Below, piece by piece: positions 9,888 to 20,757 of a stretch of DNA of 64,000 nucleotides (position 1 is the first letter of the stretch; each line of letters starts with the position of its first letter). The translations under genes and the position numbers were made by a program. This stretch comes from an uncultured virus (IMG/VR IMGVR_UViG_3300035670_000135) (lineage: Duplodnaviria > Heunggongvirae > Uroviricota > Caudoviricetes). The stretch covers positions 1 to 64,000 of the IMG/VR virus record IMGVR_UViG_3300035670_000135; one strand, written 5' to 3'. Under the pieces are notes generated by a model. It was given only the letters and a program-made list of their open reading frames with translations. It had not been told where the DNA came from and ran no database searches.

Positions 9888-10293
9888 ACTAATTAAAGTA
9901 TGGGATGGAAGTGCATGGCAGTCTGTTGGCGTAGCCGCCGCACAAGGTCCAACTGGACCAACTGGCGCAACAGGGCCACAAGGACCAACTGGTCCAACAG
10001 GACCAGCGGCGGTAGTAAATGAGTCCATATCTTCTAATATTACTTTAGTTGCTGGAACAAGATATTTTGTAGATACTACTGCTGCTAGAACTCTTACTCT
10101 TCCAGCATCTCCTTCAGTTGGAAATGAAATTCAAGTATTTGATGCATCAGGAACGGCGGGGACGTATAATATTACAATTAACTCAAATAGTGGTAAAATT
10201 AATGGTAGCGTTCAAGACGCAATATTAGACGTAAATGGTGTAGCGACTAGTTTAATTTATACTGGTTCTACATATGGATGGAGATTAGGATAA
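9880..10293 (+). CDS. Short collagen-like fibre protein
   Basis: About 7 G-X-Y triplets, then YFVDTTAARTLTLPASPSVG fibre motif. Confidence 0.7.
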   Translation: MAKLIKVWDGSAWQSVGVAAAQGPTGPTGATGPQGPTGPTGPAAVVNESISSNITLVAGTRYFVDTTAARTLTLPASPSVGNEIQVFDASGTAGTYNITINSNSGKINGSVQDAILDVNGVATSLIYTGSTYGWRLG

Positions 10294-11687
10294 TGCCAAT
10301 TAATTACTCGCTTCTTTTTGGAGATGCAGCTTCACAAACATTCCCAGCAACTGCGGCAGGAACATATACCTTATCTACACCTTTGGCGGCAGGACTATAT
10401 GAAATCACAACTGACACTTCGCAATCCTCATTTACATTAGGTTTTGGAACAGATAGTGGTTATGTTTTTAATGGAACAATTAGAGGTGGCAAAGGATATA
10501 TATCAGTTCCAACAAATTCTACAAAAATCGTTATTCCAGCAGGGATGACTTACCCAGCAAATATTAATATAAGACTTGGTTCGTATACAATGATGTCGGC
10601 TCCAACAGGAGTTTCTTTAACTCTAACTGGTGGAACAAACGGAACTATTGCATGGACAAATCCATCTGGATCAACGGATACAGTTGCATATTTCCGAAAT
10701 GGCACTAGCACATCTTTGGCAACTACAACTTCTCCTAAAACTTCAGTTAATATCGGCGGTGCTACGCATAATAATTATGGTAATATTTTGCTGGTAAGCA
10801 AAGATGCTAACGGACTCCTTGGATTAGGAACAGAAGCTCAATCAAGTTCTACATTCAATATTGTAATTAATGGTGGAACAATAACACAATATTCATCTGG
10901 TGGAACAAATTATTTAGTAAATACTTTTACTGGTTCTGGAACATTAAATGTTTTATCAACATCAACAATTAGTTACTTAATAGTTGCAGGCGGCGGCGGA
11001 GGAGGAGGCCAAGGAGGAGGCGGAGGCGGAGGATTATTAACTGGAAGCGTTAGCGTTCCAGCAGGTTCATATGCAGTAACTGTTGGTTCTGGTGGTCTTG
11101 GACAATCTAGCAGCGCAAAAGGAGTTAATGGAGGCAATTCTGTTATAGCATTTCCTTCTACCCTTACAGCACCTGGAGGCGGAGGCGGCGGAACATATGC
11201 TGGAGTTACTAGCACATGGGTTCCTGGTGCAAATGGTGGCTGTGGCGGCGGCGGAGGAATGAGTTACTACGACACTGGATCACTTGCTGGTGGAACTGGA
11301 AATCCTGGTTATAATGGTGGCAATGGTCAAGAGTTTAATTACGCCAACTGGAAAGGCGCAGGCGGAGGCGGAGGAGGAATGGGTGGCGTAGGAGAAAGTG
11401 CAACTCAAGGAAATTCTGGTGATGGTGGAAATGGAAATGGTGGAGGACGCCCAGGTAATGGTGGTTTAAGCACAAACAATAGCATAAGAACTGGTTCTAA
11501 TGTTGCGTATGCAGGAGGCGGCGGAGGATATAGTGGTGGAAATCCAACATATGGAAATAATAGAACTGGTGGCGGAGGTGGCGCAGGTGGATCAAGCACA
11601 GCAGGAACTGCAAACACTGGAGGCGGAGGCGGCGGAAATGCTGGTAATGGTGGTTCAGGAATCGTAGTAGTAAGGGTGGTAGTATAA
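10293..11687 (+). CDS. Glycine-rich tail/fibre protein
   Basis: YLIVAGGGGGG...GGSGIVVVR glycine-rich domain; ATG 10293 is coupled to the upstream stop. Confidence 0.75.
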   Translation: MPINYSLLFGDAASQTFPATAAGTYTLSTPLAAGLYEITTDTSQSSFTLGFGTDSGYVFNGTIRGGKGYISVPTNSTKIVIPAGMTYPANINIRLGSYTMMSAPTGVSLTLTGGTNGTIAWTNPSGSTDTVAYFRNGTSTSLATTTSPKTSVNIGGATHNNYGNILLVSKDANGLLGLGTEAQSSSTFNIVINGGTITQYSSGGTNYLVNTFTGSGTLNVLSTSTISYLIVAGGGGGGGQGGGGGGGLLTGSVSVPAGSYAVTVGSGGLGQSSSAKGVNGGNSVIAFPSTLTAPGGGGGGTYAGVTSTWVPGANGGCGGGGGMSYYDTGSLAGGTGNPGYNGGNGQEFNYANWKGAGGGGGGMGGVGESATQGNSGDGGNGNGGGRPGNGGLSTNNSIRTGSNVAYAGGGGGYSGGNPTYGNNRTGGGGGAGGSSTAGTANTGGGGGGNAGNGGSGIVVVRVVV

Positions 11688-12529
11688 TGGCACATTTTGC
11701 AAGGTTAAATGAAAATAATATGGTAATTGATGTTATCGTAGTAGATAATAGTAATCTAATCGTTGATGGAATAGAATCAGAGCAGGCTGGCAAAGACTAT
11801 ATTGCTTCAATTGGTTTAGAAGGAACATGGATACAAACATCATATAATAATCAATTTAGAAAAATGTTTGCTGGATTTGGCAGCTTTTATGATGAAGAAA
11901 AAGATGAGTTTATACTTTTACAAGAAAAAACAAAATGGCTTTCTTTAGCAAATGAGTCTCAGGTTAATGATGTATCTAAGACATCAATTCTTGTAGACGG
12001 ATTTCCAAGATCAGGAAATGTATACCTTTCATATCTATTAGGATTTGTATTTAAAGAATGCGATCAGTATACTGGATACAATTTTTTTCATAATAAAAAA
12101 AGTATTACGGAAGCTGTAAATAAGTTTGATATTGTTGTTGTTCCCGTAAGAACACCAGTAGACTCTATCAAGTCTACAATAATGTATTCAAATTTAGATC
12201 AATCAGACACACAGTCTATTTTTAGAGTTGCAACAGACAATCTAGCGTGGATGAAATTAATTCGTGATAATAAAAATAATATATGTGTGGTAGATTTTTC
12301 AACACTAATATCGGATCCTTTTGTAATTATAAATAAAATTGCAAAAAAAATAATGGTGCTTCCTTCTGAATTTACAAATCAAGAAGTAATTGATAGAATG
12401 AATGAAGACAATATGTCTTATAACCTTCCAAATGATGTTACTTCAAATGCGGATATCGATTTAAGTAATCCGCTAATAGCTGAAGTTATAGAAGAGGCTA
12501 CAGCAATTTATAACGAAATCATAGGTTAA
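11687..12529 (+). CDS. Fibre-partner domain fused to a sulfotransferase-like domain
   Basis: N-terminal MAHFA...WIQTSYN...YDEEKDEF domain; C-terminal ILVDGFPRSGNVYL (PAPS-binding loop-like) and VVVPVRTPVDSIKS (3'-PB-like). Confidence 0.65.
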   Translation: MAHFARLNENNMVIDVIVVDNSNLIVDGIESEQAGKDYIASIGLEGTWIQTSYNNQFRKMFAGFGSFYDEEKDEFILLQEKTKWLSLANESQVNDVSKTSILVDGFPRSGNVYLSYLLGFVFKECDQYTGYNFFHNKKSITEAVNKFDIVVVPVRTPVDSIKSTIMYSNLDQSDTQSIFRVATDNLAWMKLIRDNKNNICVVDFSTLISDPFVIINKIAKKIMVLPSEFTNQEVIDRMNEDNMSYNLPNDVTSNADIDLSNPLIAEVIEEATAIYNEIIG

Positions 12530-12530
12530 A

Positions 12531-12575
12531 ATGATTATACAAATTATAGGTCTACCTGGAAATGGCCGCCTTTGA
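12531..12575 (+). pseudogene. Truncated P-loop kinase remnant (adenylylsulfate kinase-like N-terminus)
   Basis: MIIQIIGLPGNGRL*: hydrophobic strand plus GLPG, the start of a Walker A loop, broken by an immediate stop. Confidence 0.5.
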
Positions 12576-12608
12576 TTATTCTGGATGCAAAAATAAAAAC
12601 ACAATATA

Positions 12609-12637
12609 TTTACAATAATTGTTAAATTTGCTACAAT
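12609..12637 (+). promoter_or_regulatory. Promoter with extended -10, leaderless
   Basis: TTTACA-17 nt-TACAAT with TG extension; ATG 6 nt downstream. Confidence 0.65.
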
Positions 12638-12643
12638 AAATAC

Positions 12644-13699
12644 ATGCGTTTTCATGTAATATCATTACCTCATACAAATACAACTTTAGAATTTACATCA
12701 TGTGCATTTACTGAAAAGGTAAGACGTTTCTGCATGATGATGAAAGATATGGGACATGAAGTATTTTTATATGCTGGCGAATTTAATTCCGCCCCCGTTG
12801 ATGAACATATTCCATGTATTTCCGAAACGGAAAGATTAGAAAGTCTAAACGGTAATCATTATACAGCTGGATCATTTGATTCATCTCTGTCTCATTGGGT
12901 TAAATATAATAACAAAGTAATTATAGAATTATCAAAGCGAATACAGCAAAAAGATTTTATATGTTTAATTGGCGGCTACGCCCAAAAATCAATTGCAGAT
13001 TATTTCCCAAATCATATGTCTGTAGAATTTGGAATAGGATATCCAGGAACATTTGCTAAGTATAGAGTATTTGAATCATATGCTTGGATGCATAGTATTT
13101 ATGCACAGCATAATCTTGCTTCCGCCGTCGATGGTAAATTCTTTGATGCTGTAATTCCAGGATATTTAGAACCACACATGTTCCCACTTCAAGAACAAAA
13201 GGAAGATTATTATCTTTTCATTGGCCGCCTAATTGAACGCAAAGGATATAGAATCGCACAAGAGGTTTGCCAAGCTTTAGGTAAGCGCCTAATTCTTGCA
13301 GGTGCTGGTCCACAAGATGGATATGGAGAATTTGTTGGGGCGGTAGGACCAGAAGAACGTGCAAAATTAATGGGAGGCGCAATAGCAGTATTTGCTCCAA
13401 CTATATACATAGAACCATTTGGCAACATTGTGCCAGAGGCACATTTTTGCGGGACTCCTACAATTACAACAGACTGGGGCGCATTTACAGAAACAAATAT
13501 AAATGGAGTTACTGGATATAGATGCAGAACTCTTGATGAATTTTGTAGGGCGGCAGAGGATGTAAAGAAATTAGATCCCAGAACTATATATGAGACGGCA
13601 AAGAATAAATATTCATTAGAAGCTATTGCTCCACAGTATGATAATTACTTCCGCCGCCTTTTAACCCTATGGGATAAAGGCTGGTACGAAAGGTCTTAG
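12644..13699 (+). CDS. Glycosyltransferase, GT-B fold (GT4/GT1 group)
   Basis: YYLFIGRLIERKG and EPFGNIVPEAHFCGTPTITTDWG (E-x7-E) motifs. Confidence 0.9.
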   Translation: MRFHVISLPHTNTTLEFTSCAFTEKVRRFCMMMKDMGHEVFLYAGEFNSAPVDEHIPCISETERLESLNGNHYTAGSFDSSLSHWVKYNNKVIIELSKRIQQKDFICLIGGYAQKSIADYFPNHMSVEFGIGYPGTFAKYRVFESYAWMHSIYAQHNLASAVDGKFFDAVIPGYLEPHMFPLQEQKEDYYLFIGRLIERKGYRIAQEVCQALGKRLILAGAGPQDGYGEFVGAVGPEERAKLMGGAIAVFAPTIYIEPFGNIVPEAHFCGTPTITTDWGAFTETNINGVTGYRCRTLDEFCRAAEDVKKLDPRTIYETAKNKYSLEAIAPQYDNYFRRLLTLWDKGWYERS

Positions 13700-13707
13700 T
13701 GGTATAA

Positions 13708-14901
<1,194 letters not shown>

Positions 14902-14903
14902 TC

Positions 14904-16436
14904 ATGGTAAGCAAATTATATGATGGCTCTAACTGGAAAAATATAAACGGATTAAAATTATACAATGGTTCCGCCTGGAAAAATGCAGTAAGAGGTTGGA
15001 TGTGGAATGGATCTGCATGGAAACAATGGTATCCAGAATATCCAATAAATACGGCGGCACCAACAGTATCTGGAACAGCTACACAAGGAAATACTCTTTC
15101 TTGTACAACAGGATCTTGGAACTCTAATCTAGCATACTCACCAGCGTCATACTCCTATCAGTGGAGACGTGGATCAAGCGACATATCTGGTGCAACTAGT
15201 TCTACATATAGCACAGTTGTTGCAGATGTTGGAAATGCAATATCTTGTAGAGTAACCGCAACAAATAATAGAGGATCTACCCCAGTAATATCTAGTAATT
15301 CAATTACTGTAACTAGTGCTGCTGTAACAAATGTTACAGCGCCAACTACTGGAGGTAGCACATTTTTAGGCGGAACAGCAACAGTTACAACAGGAACATG
15401 GAATGGTAATCCAAACTCTTATTCATATCAATGGTATAACGCAAGTAACGGAACAGCAATATCTGGAGCTACATCCTCATCACTAACAATCCCAGCATCT
15501 GTAGTTGGAGCATCTGTATGGTGTCTAGTTACTGCTACAAATACATCGACAGGATCTTCAGCTTCTGCATATAGCAGTTCATTTATTGCATTGCCAACGG
15601 TAACAGGTTTGTCAGTATCTGATTCAACAATTACCCCAGGAGCACCGTCTTCAGTTAGCGTAACAGTTACTGGACAAACAACTGCAAACGTATCTTGGGG
15701 AGCAGGAACAAACATATCTTTTTATGATGGATATTCATCTGTTGGAACTTTAACAAATAGAAATGATAGTACTAGAACTGCAAATGTTGTAAGCGGTACT
15801 GCAGGAACTTCCTTTACTGTTTTTATAAGATCTGCAAATTTTAATGGTCGTGTTACTGGAAGCTGGAATGCAATATCTGGATCACACACTACAGTTACAT
15901 ATTATATTTATGTAGATGGAAGTTTTATTACTACTACAACTTCTAATTCTTATACATATACAAAAGGAAATACTTCAGGAAGCACATCTTTTCAAGTGGT
16001 GGCATATGTGGGAGGCTCGCAAGGATCTTCACAATCAGGTTCTGTTAGTTTAACTACTAAGTATTCAGGATATACAAGTGGATCTGGAACTTTTCAATCT
16101 GCAGCAGTAGCGCCATCTACCCCAACAAATGGTGGAGGAACGTATCAGCTTCCTTCGTCTGGAAATAATTTTAATTATATAACAAATGCTACTTTCACAT
16201 CTTCGTCTTCTGGAACAACTCCAATTACTTATAGTTGGACAGTGTATTCATCAGACTTTAATACTGGACCATGGTCTCTTAGAAATTCAGGAACACTTTC
16301 TTCTAGCAGCTTATCCACAACTTTAAATATTCCCCAGCAAGGATGGGATTCTGATTCGTATGGTTCGTGGGCACAATATAATGTAACTGCATCAAATAGC
16401 GCTGGAAGTAGCGGAACATTAACATGGGTGATTTAA
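14904..16436 (+). CDS. Ig-like/FN3 repeat virion protein
   Basis: Three N-terminal [YW][DN]GSxWK repeats; two GxW...SYSYQW...ISGATSS...VG...CxVTATN Ig-like repeats. Confidence 0.75.
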   Translation: MVSKLYDGSNWKNINGLKLYNGSAWKNAVRGWMWNGSAWKQWYPEYPINTAAPTVSGTATQGNTLSCTTGSWNSNLAYSPASYSYQWRRGSSDISGATSSTYSTVVADVGNAISCRVTATNNRGSTPVISSNSITVTSAAVTNVTAPTTGGSTFLGGTATVTTGTWNGNPNSYSYQWYNASNGTAISGATSSSLTIPASVVGASVWCLVTATNTSTGSSASAYSSSFIALPTVTGLSVSDSTITPGAPSSVSVTVTGQTTANVSWGAGTNISFYDGYSSVGTLTNRNDSTRTANVVSGTAGTSFTVFIRSANFNGRVTGSWNAISGSHTTVTYYIYVDGSFITTTTSNSYTYTKGNTSGSTSFQVVAYVGGSQGSSQSGSVSLTTKYSGYTSGSGTFQSAAVAPSTPTNGGGTYQLPSSGNNFNYITNATFTSSSSGTTPITYSWTVYSSDFNTGPWSLRNSGTLSSSSLSTTLNIPQQGWDSDSYGSWAQYNVTASNSAGSSGTLTWVI

Positions 16437-16630
16437 TGGATACCATAGATAAAATAAAAGTATTGTCTGCTAAAATAAATGCTATAGAAATAGGATTGGA
16501 ATGGCTTGCTGAAAATAATTCAACTGGCCCTATACCAAATGGTAAGATGTCAACAGAGCAGCAAATCTCTGATTTGATATCTCAAAAAAATGCCTTACAA
16601 CAAGAAGTTGATAGGCTAAATAATATATAG
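16436..16630 (+). CDS. Small coiled-coil protein
   Basis: TAATG coupling; heptad pattern. Confidence 0.6.
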   Translation: MDTIDKIKVLSAKINAIEIGLEWLAENNSTGPIPNGKMSTEQQISDLISQKNALQQEVDRLNNI

Positions 16631-16638
16631 GAGGAATA

Positions 16639-16839
16639 ATGGCAACATATACACAACTTACAGATGATGAAAAGGCTCAGATTAAGATTGCAGCAAAACG
16701 TAATCTTGAATATCAGATGTATGCTCTTGAGGTTGAAGTAATTGCAGAAAATGCAAAAACATCACCAGATGCAGCAAAGCTTTCTGATTTAGAGGATCAA
16801 ATTGCTGAGAAACAAGCTCAAATAACAGCAATAAATTAA
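16639..16839 (+). CDS. Small coiled-coil protein
   Basis: SD AGGAGG; 66 aa, helical. Confidence 0.65.
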   Translation: MATYTQLTDDEKAQIKIAAKRNLEYQMYALEVEVIAENAKTSPDAAKLSDLEDQIAEKQAQITAIN

Positions 16840-18710
16840 TGTCATATAAAGCAGCAGTGCTATATGATTATCCTATAGCATATTATCCATTAGACGATCT
16901 AACAACAGTCGATCTAGTAGATAACTTTACTGCTTTTTTGGCACAATTTGCAACATACCAAGATGTATTAGATAACATATCTTCATATGCAAATATATAT
17001 GGAGATGTTGCTTATGATCATTCAGGATGTGAAAATGATGGGAATTATATTGGAGATCCCGCCCCAGATTTAATACCACTTGTGGCGGGAAACAGTAGAG
17101 CAACCAATATAACAAATACCAACTCAATTATATATAATATTAACAATGACTATACTGCTACTGCAACAACTAGCCAATTTGGAACAGCGTCATCATCGGA
17201 TAATGATTTTACAATAGAGTTCTGGTTCCACCCTCAAATTTCTTCAACTGATGAAATTCCTTTAGTAGGAGATTCGGCGGAAGACGTAGGAGTATTTTAT
17301 CAAAAAGGAAATATAGTATTTAAACTAGATACAGATTCTGTAGAATATACATTGCCCTCTACAAATAAATCCTTTCATGTAGCCTCCGTTTATTCAGTTA
17401 ACTCTGCATCAATTTATATAGATGGACAATTGGCAGCTACAAAAAGCTTAAATAATTTTGAGTTTACAAATACTAATTTAAATCTAATTACTGGGCCTAC
17501 TCCTGACAGCTCAAATGTATTTTTAATAAATAGCGTAGCTATATATAGATACGGCTTATCTCAAAATCAAATTGCATATCATTTTGCACAAGGACAACCT
17601 TTGCCAGCTATTCAAATAGTAGATCCAGCAAATGGAGAATTGTTTGAAATGTATGATGATGAAATGTCCTCATTATATAAATTCCAATATCCTTATAGCA
17701 AAGGATGGGACGAATTAGTTACAACTGGCTTGACACATAACCTTACTTTAGATTGTCTTGAAATTACTCAAACGGATTCTGCAGCATCTAGTACTGTTAC
17801 TATAAATGATTTTATTTCTATCCCTTCTTCCGCCACATTTGATTCGTCTAAAATTGAGTGGCATGGCGACAATGGAATTACTGTTCAGGCAAGCATAGAT
17901 GGAGTAACCTATAACAATTGTATTAATGGACAACAGATACCAGGATATACATTAAATAGTTTTTCGTCGGCAGGAACAATATATTTGAGAATTATATTTA
18001 CCTCTACAGATACAACAAGATATATTCCTAGGCTGTTTAACCTAGATATGCTTTTCTATAATAATCAAACCAGATATGCCTATAATGGAAATAGCTATAT
18101 GACAACACTTGAAGAAGATGCTGGAATATCGGATTATAGAATTACTTTGGGCAAACTCCCATATGATATCCTTTCAAGAAATAGTAGAAATGGATTAAGG
18201 ACAGTAGTTGATTCTGGATTTGAAATTACTACGACAAAGGGAGTTCAGACTTTAGAATTTTTCTACACCCCCGCCACTTTAACTGATAGTGGGCTAATTT
18301 CTACAACTGCCACAAATGGCTATGCCGCTTCAAATATATCTTGGCACAATTCGGGGGCGGTATCAAAAACCAATATCTCAGCAATATATGTAAATGGGGT
18401 AAATAAAACCTCACAGACAAATGTCTCAAATATATTTAGGGCAGGACAATTACACCACGTCCTCATAGTATTTGGGTCGGCGGTATCAAATGATATTAGA
18501 TTTAATTATTCTGTATATGGATCAGTCTCAGCCCTATATCAATATATAGCCCTATATGAGACTGCATTTAATTCTACACAGGCGGCAGCCAATTATGACC
18601 TATATAGACGTAAACAAAGTTCCTCAATTACAGATTCTTCGACAACAACCATGACAGAAGATGGCGTTGAATCATATAATAATGACTGGATCGTAATCCA
18701 AAACGTATAA
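16839..18710 (+). CDS. LamG/ConA-like domain virion protein
   Basis: PIAYYPLDD...FTIEFWF...HVASVY...IYIDGQL LamG pattern; second lectin-like domain at the C-terminus. Confidence 0.75.
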   Translation: MSYKAAVLYDYPIAYYPLDDLTTVDLVDNFTAFLAQFATYQDVLDNISSYANIYGDVAYDHSGCENDGNYIGDPAPDLIPLVAGNSRATNITNTNSIIYNINNDYTATATTSQFGTASSSDNDFTIEFWFHPQISSTDEIPLVGDSAEDVGVFYQKGNIVFKLDTDSVEYTLPSTNKSFHVASVYSVNSASIYIDGQLAATKSLNNFEFTNTNLNLITGPTPDSSNVFLINSVAIYRYGLSQNQIAYHFAQGQPLPAIQIVDPANGELFEMYDDEMSSLYKFQYPYSKGWDELVTTGLTHNLTLDCLEITQTDSAASSTVTINDFISIPSSATFDSSKIEWHGDNGITVQASIDGVTYNNCINGQQIPGYTLNSFSSAGTIYLRIIFTSTDTTRYIPRLFNLDMLFYNNQTRYAYNGNSYMTTLEEDAGISDYRITLGKLPYDILSRNSRNGLRTVVDSGFEITTTKGVQTLEFFYTPATLTDSGLISTTATNGYAASNISWHNSGAVSKTNISAIYVNGVNKTSQTNVSNIFRAGQLHHVLIVFGSAVSNDIRFNYSVYGSVSALYQYIALYETAFNSTQAAANYDLYRRKQSSSITDSSTTTMTEDGVESYNNDWIVIQNV

Positions 18711-18736
18711 TTTTGTCATATTGCCTGACAAAAAGC

Positions 18737-18765
18737 TGGACTTAAGCCCACAAAGGTGGTAAAAT
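18737..18765 (+). promoter_or_regulatory. Head-module promoter (leaderless)
   Basis: TGGACT-17 nt-TAAAAT with TG extension; ATG 8 nt downstream. Confidence 0.6.
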
Positions 18766-18773
18766 AAACATCT

Positions 18774-19115
18774 ATGGACCTAAAAAGAACAAATGCCACT
18801 ATGTCTCCAGAGGAAACTACCCTTGGAATCTATGTTTGGGAGATGCCTGATGGCAGATGGATTGGCGATGATGAAGGAAACTTCTTATCCGTAACGGCAA
18901 TGAAAAACAATAGGGCCAAGATAGATATGCTAGCCAGAGAAGTTAGGTCATATGGAATCTATGAGGGGCAGCCAAAGTTTTTATCAGGGCGGAGAAAGAT
19001 TGACGACGAGGAATTTGAATACCAGCAACAAAGATTAAAATGGGGCCTAGTTCCAGATCCGCTGGACATTGGCGTTTATAAAGAAGATACAAAAAAGGCG
19101 CAGAGGAAGAAATAA
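18774..19115 (+). CDS. Hypothetical protein upstream of portal
   Basis: 113-aa ORF with GIYVWEMPDGRWIGD. Confidence 0.75.
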   Translation: MDLKRTNATMSPEETTLGIYVWEMPDGRWIGDDEGNFLSVTAMKNNRAKIDMLAREVRSYGIYEGQPKFLSGRRKIDDEEFEYQQQRLKWGLVPDPLDIGVYKEDTKKAQRKK

Positions 19116-19116
19116 A

Positions 19117-20703
19117 ATGGGAATGATAGAAGATAACAACGAAGAAATAGACACAGGTTTAAGGGCATTTACTGCCTCCGATTTTCATATACCATCAACA
19201 GTTATTACAAAAACAAATGATGTGTTTATGGCCTCTGGCGAAGAGCTACAGAAGATATCTGGATTGGGCTCTTCATTCCGCCGCAAACTAAGCAGAAATA
19301 TTCAAAAGAGATTTGTGGGAATTGAAGGAACAGAGACACAACAGAATCTATTAGCACAAGCCATTACAGGCTATGCTATGTTTGATCTTATTGAGCCTCC
19401 ATATAATCTTGAATACCTATCTCAGATATATGAAATATCTCCATACAACTATGCAGCAATTAATGCTAAAGTATCAAACGTAGTTGGACTTGGCTTTGAC
19501 TTTATCGAAACCCGTAAAACAGTAGATGCTATTGATGAGATTGATAACGATGCACAATTAGAAAGAGCACGTCGTAAGCTTGATAGACTTCGCCAAGATC
19601 TACATGAGTGGCTAGAAGCTTGTAATGAAGAAGAAACATTCAAAGAGACCTTGATTAAATTCTACACAGATGTTGAAGCAACAGGAAATGGCTATCTAGA
19701 AATTTCAAGAACTACATCTGGCAAGGTAGGATATATTGGGCATATCCCTTCAAAGACAATGCGTGTACGCCGCCTAAGAGATGGCTTCATTCAATTGCTA
19801 TACGGCAAGGCTGTATACTTTAGAAACTTTGGAGACCAGGAAACGCCAAATCCAATTTCGGACGGCAGCGATAGACCTAATGAGATTATCCATTTCAAGA
19901 AGTACACTCCACGCAATAACTATTACGGAATCCCAGATATTGTCGCAGCAGCAAATGCTATGGCAGGAAATGAATTTGCTGGAAAGTATAACTTAGACTA
20001 TTTTGAAAACAAGGCGGTCCCAAGATATATCATCACAGTAAAGGGTGCTAAATTATCCCCAGAGTCCGAGAGAAAGCTTCTGGAATTTTTCCAGGTCGGT
20101 CTTAAAGGAAGAAATCACCGCTCACTATATATCCCACTTCCACCAGATTCCCCAGATTCTAAAACTGAATTTAAGATGGAACCAATTGAGGCGGGAACCC
20201 AAGAGTCCTCATTTAATGTATATCGTCAATCCAATAGAGACGAAATATTAATGGCTCACCGTGTTCCTATTTCTAAAATTGGAAGTCCTCAAGGAATTTC
20301 ATTGGCAAATGCTCGTGATGCAGACAAGACATTTAAAGAGCAGGTATGCAAGCCAGTTCAGGAAATTCTAGAAAAGAAATTAAATAAATTAATTGAAGAA
20401 ATGACTGACGCCCTGCAAATTAAATTTAATGAATTAAGTCTCACAGATGAGGATACCCAATCTAAGATCGATGAGAGATATTTAAGGATGCAGGTAATTA
20501 CCCCTAATGAAATTAGAATTAGAAAGGGTATGGTTCCAAGGGACGGCGGAGACGAAGTAGTCCAATTAAAACCACAACAGCAGGCGGAAATAAGGGCCCA
20601 AGCTGGAAATACCAGAAATAGAACTCAAGAGAGGGAAAATAATTCACCCGATATTTCAGGGGAATCTAGAAATCCTCAAGGCGAAGGCAGACAGGTCGAG
20701 TAA
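19117..20703 (+). CDS. Portal protein (HK97/PBSX-like)
   Basis: ATGNGYLEI, EIIHFK...YYGIPD, YFENKAVP, ILMAHRVP, ITPNEIR motifs; position before the protease. Confidence 0.92.
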   Translation: MGMIEDNNEEIDTGLRAFTASDFHIPSTVITKTNDVFMASGEELQKISGLGSSFRRKLSRNIQKRFVGIEGTETQQNLLAQAITGYAMFDLIEPPYNLEYLSQIYEISPYNYAAINAKVSNVVGLGFDFIETRKTVDAIDEIDNDAQLERARRKLDRLRQDLHEWLEACNEEETFKETLIKFYTDVEATGNGYLEISRTTSGKVGYIGHIPSKTMRVRRLRDGFIQLLYGKAVYFRNFGDQETPNPISDGSDRPNEIIHFKKYTPRNNYYGIPDIVAAANAMAGNEFAGKYNLDYFENKAVPRYIITVKGAKLSPESERKLLEFFQVGLKGRNHRSLYIPLPPDSPDSKTEFKMEPIEAGTQESSFNVYRQSNRDEILMAHRVPISKIGSPQGISLANARDADKTFKEQVCKPVQEILEKKLNKLIEEMTDALQIKFNELSLTDEDTQSKIDERYLRMQVITPNEIRIRKGMVPRDGGDEVVQLKPQQQAEIRAQAGNTRNRTQERENNSPDISGESRNPQGEGRQVE

Positions 20704-20721
20704 TACTACTCAACTGATTAT

Positions 20722-20750
20722 TTGCCTTATATATAATAACGTTATAAAAT
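20722..20750 (+). promoter_or_regulatory. Promoter (leaderless) for protease/capsid
   Basis: TTGCCT-17 nt-TAAAAT; ATG 7 nt downstream. Confidence 0.65.
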
Positions 20751-20757
20751 TAAGCAT

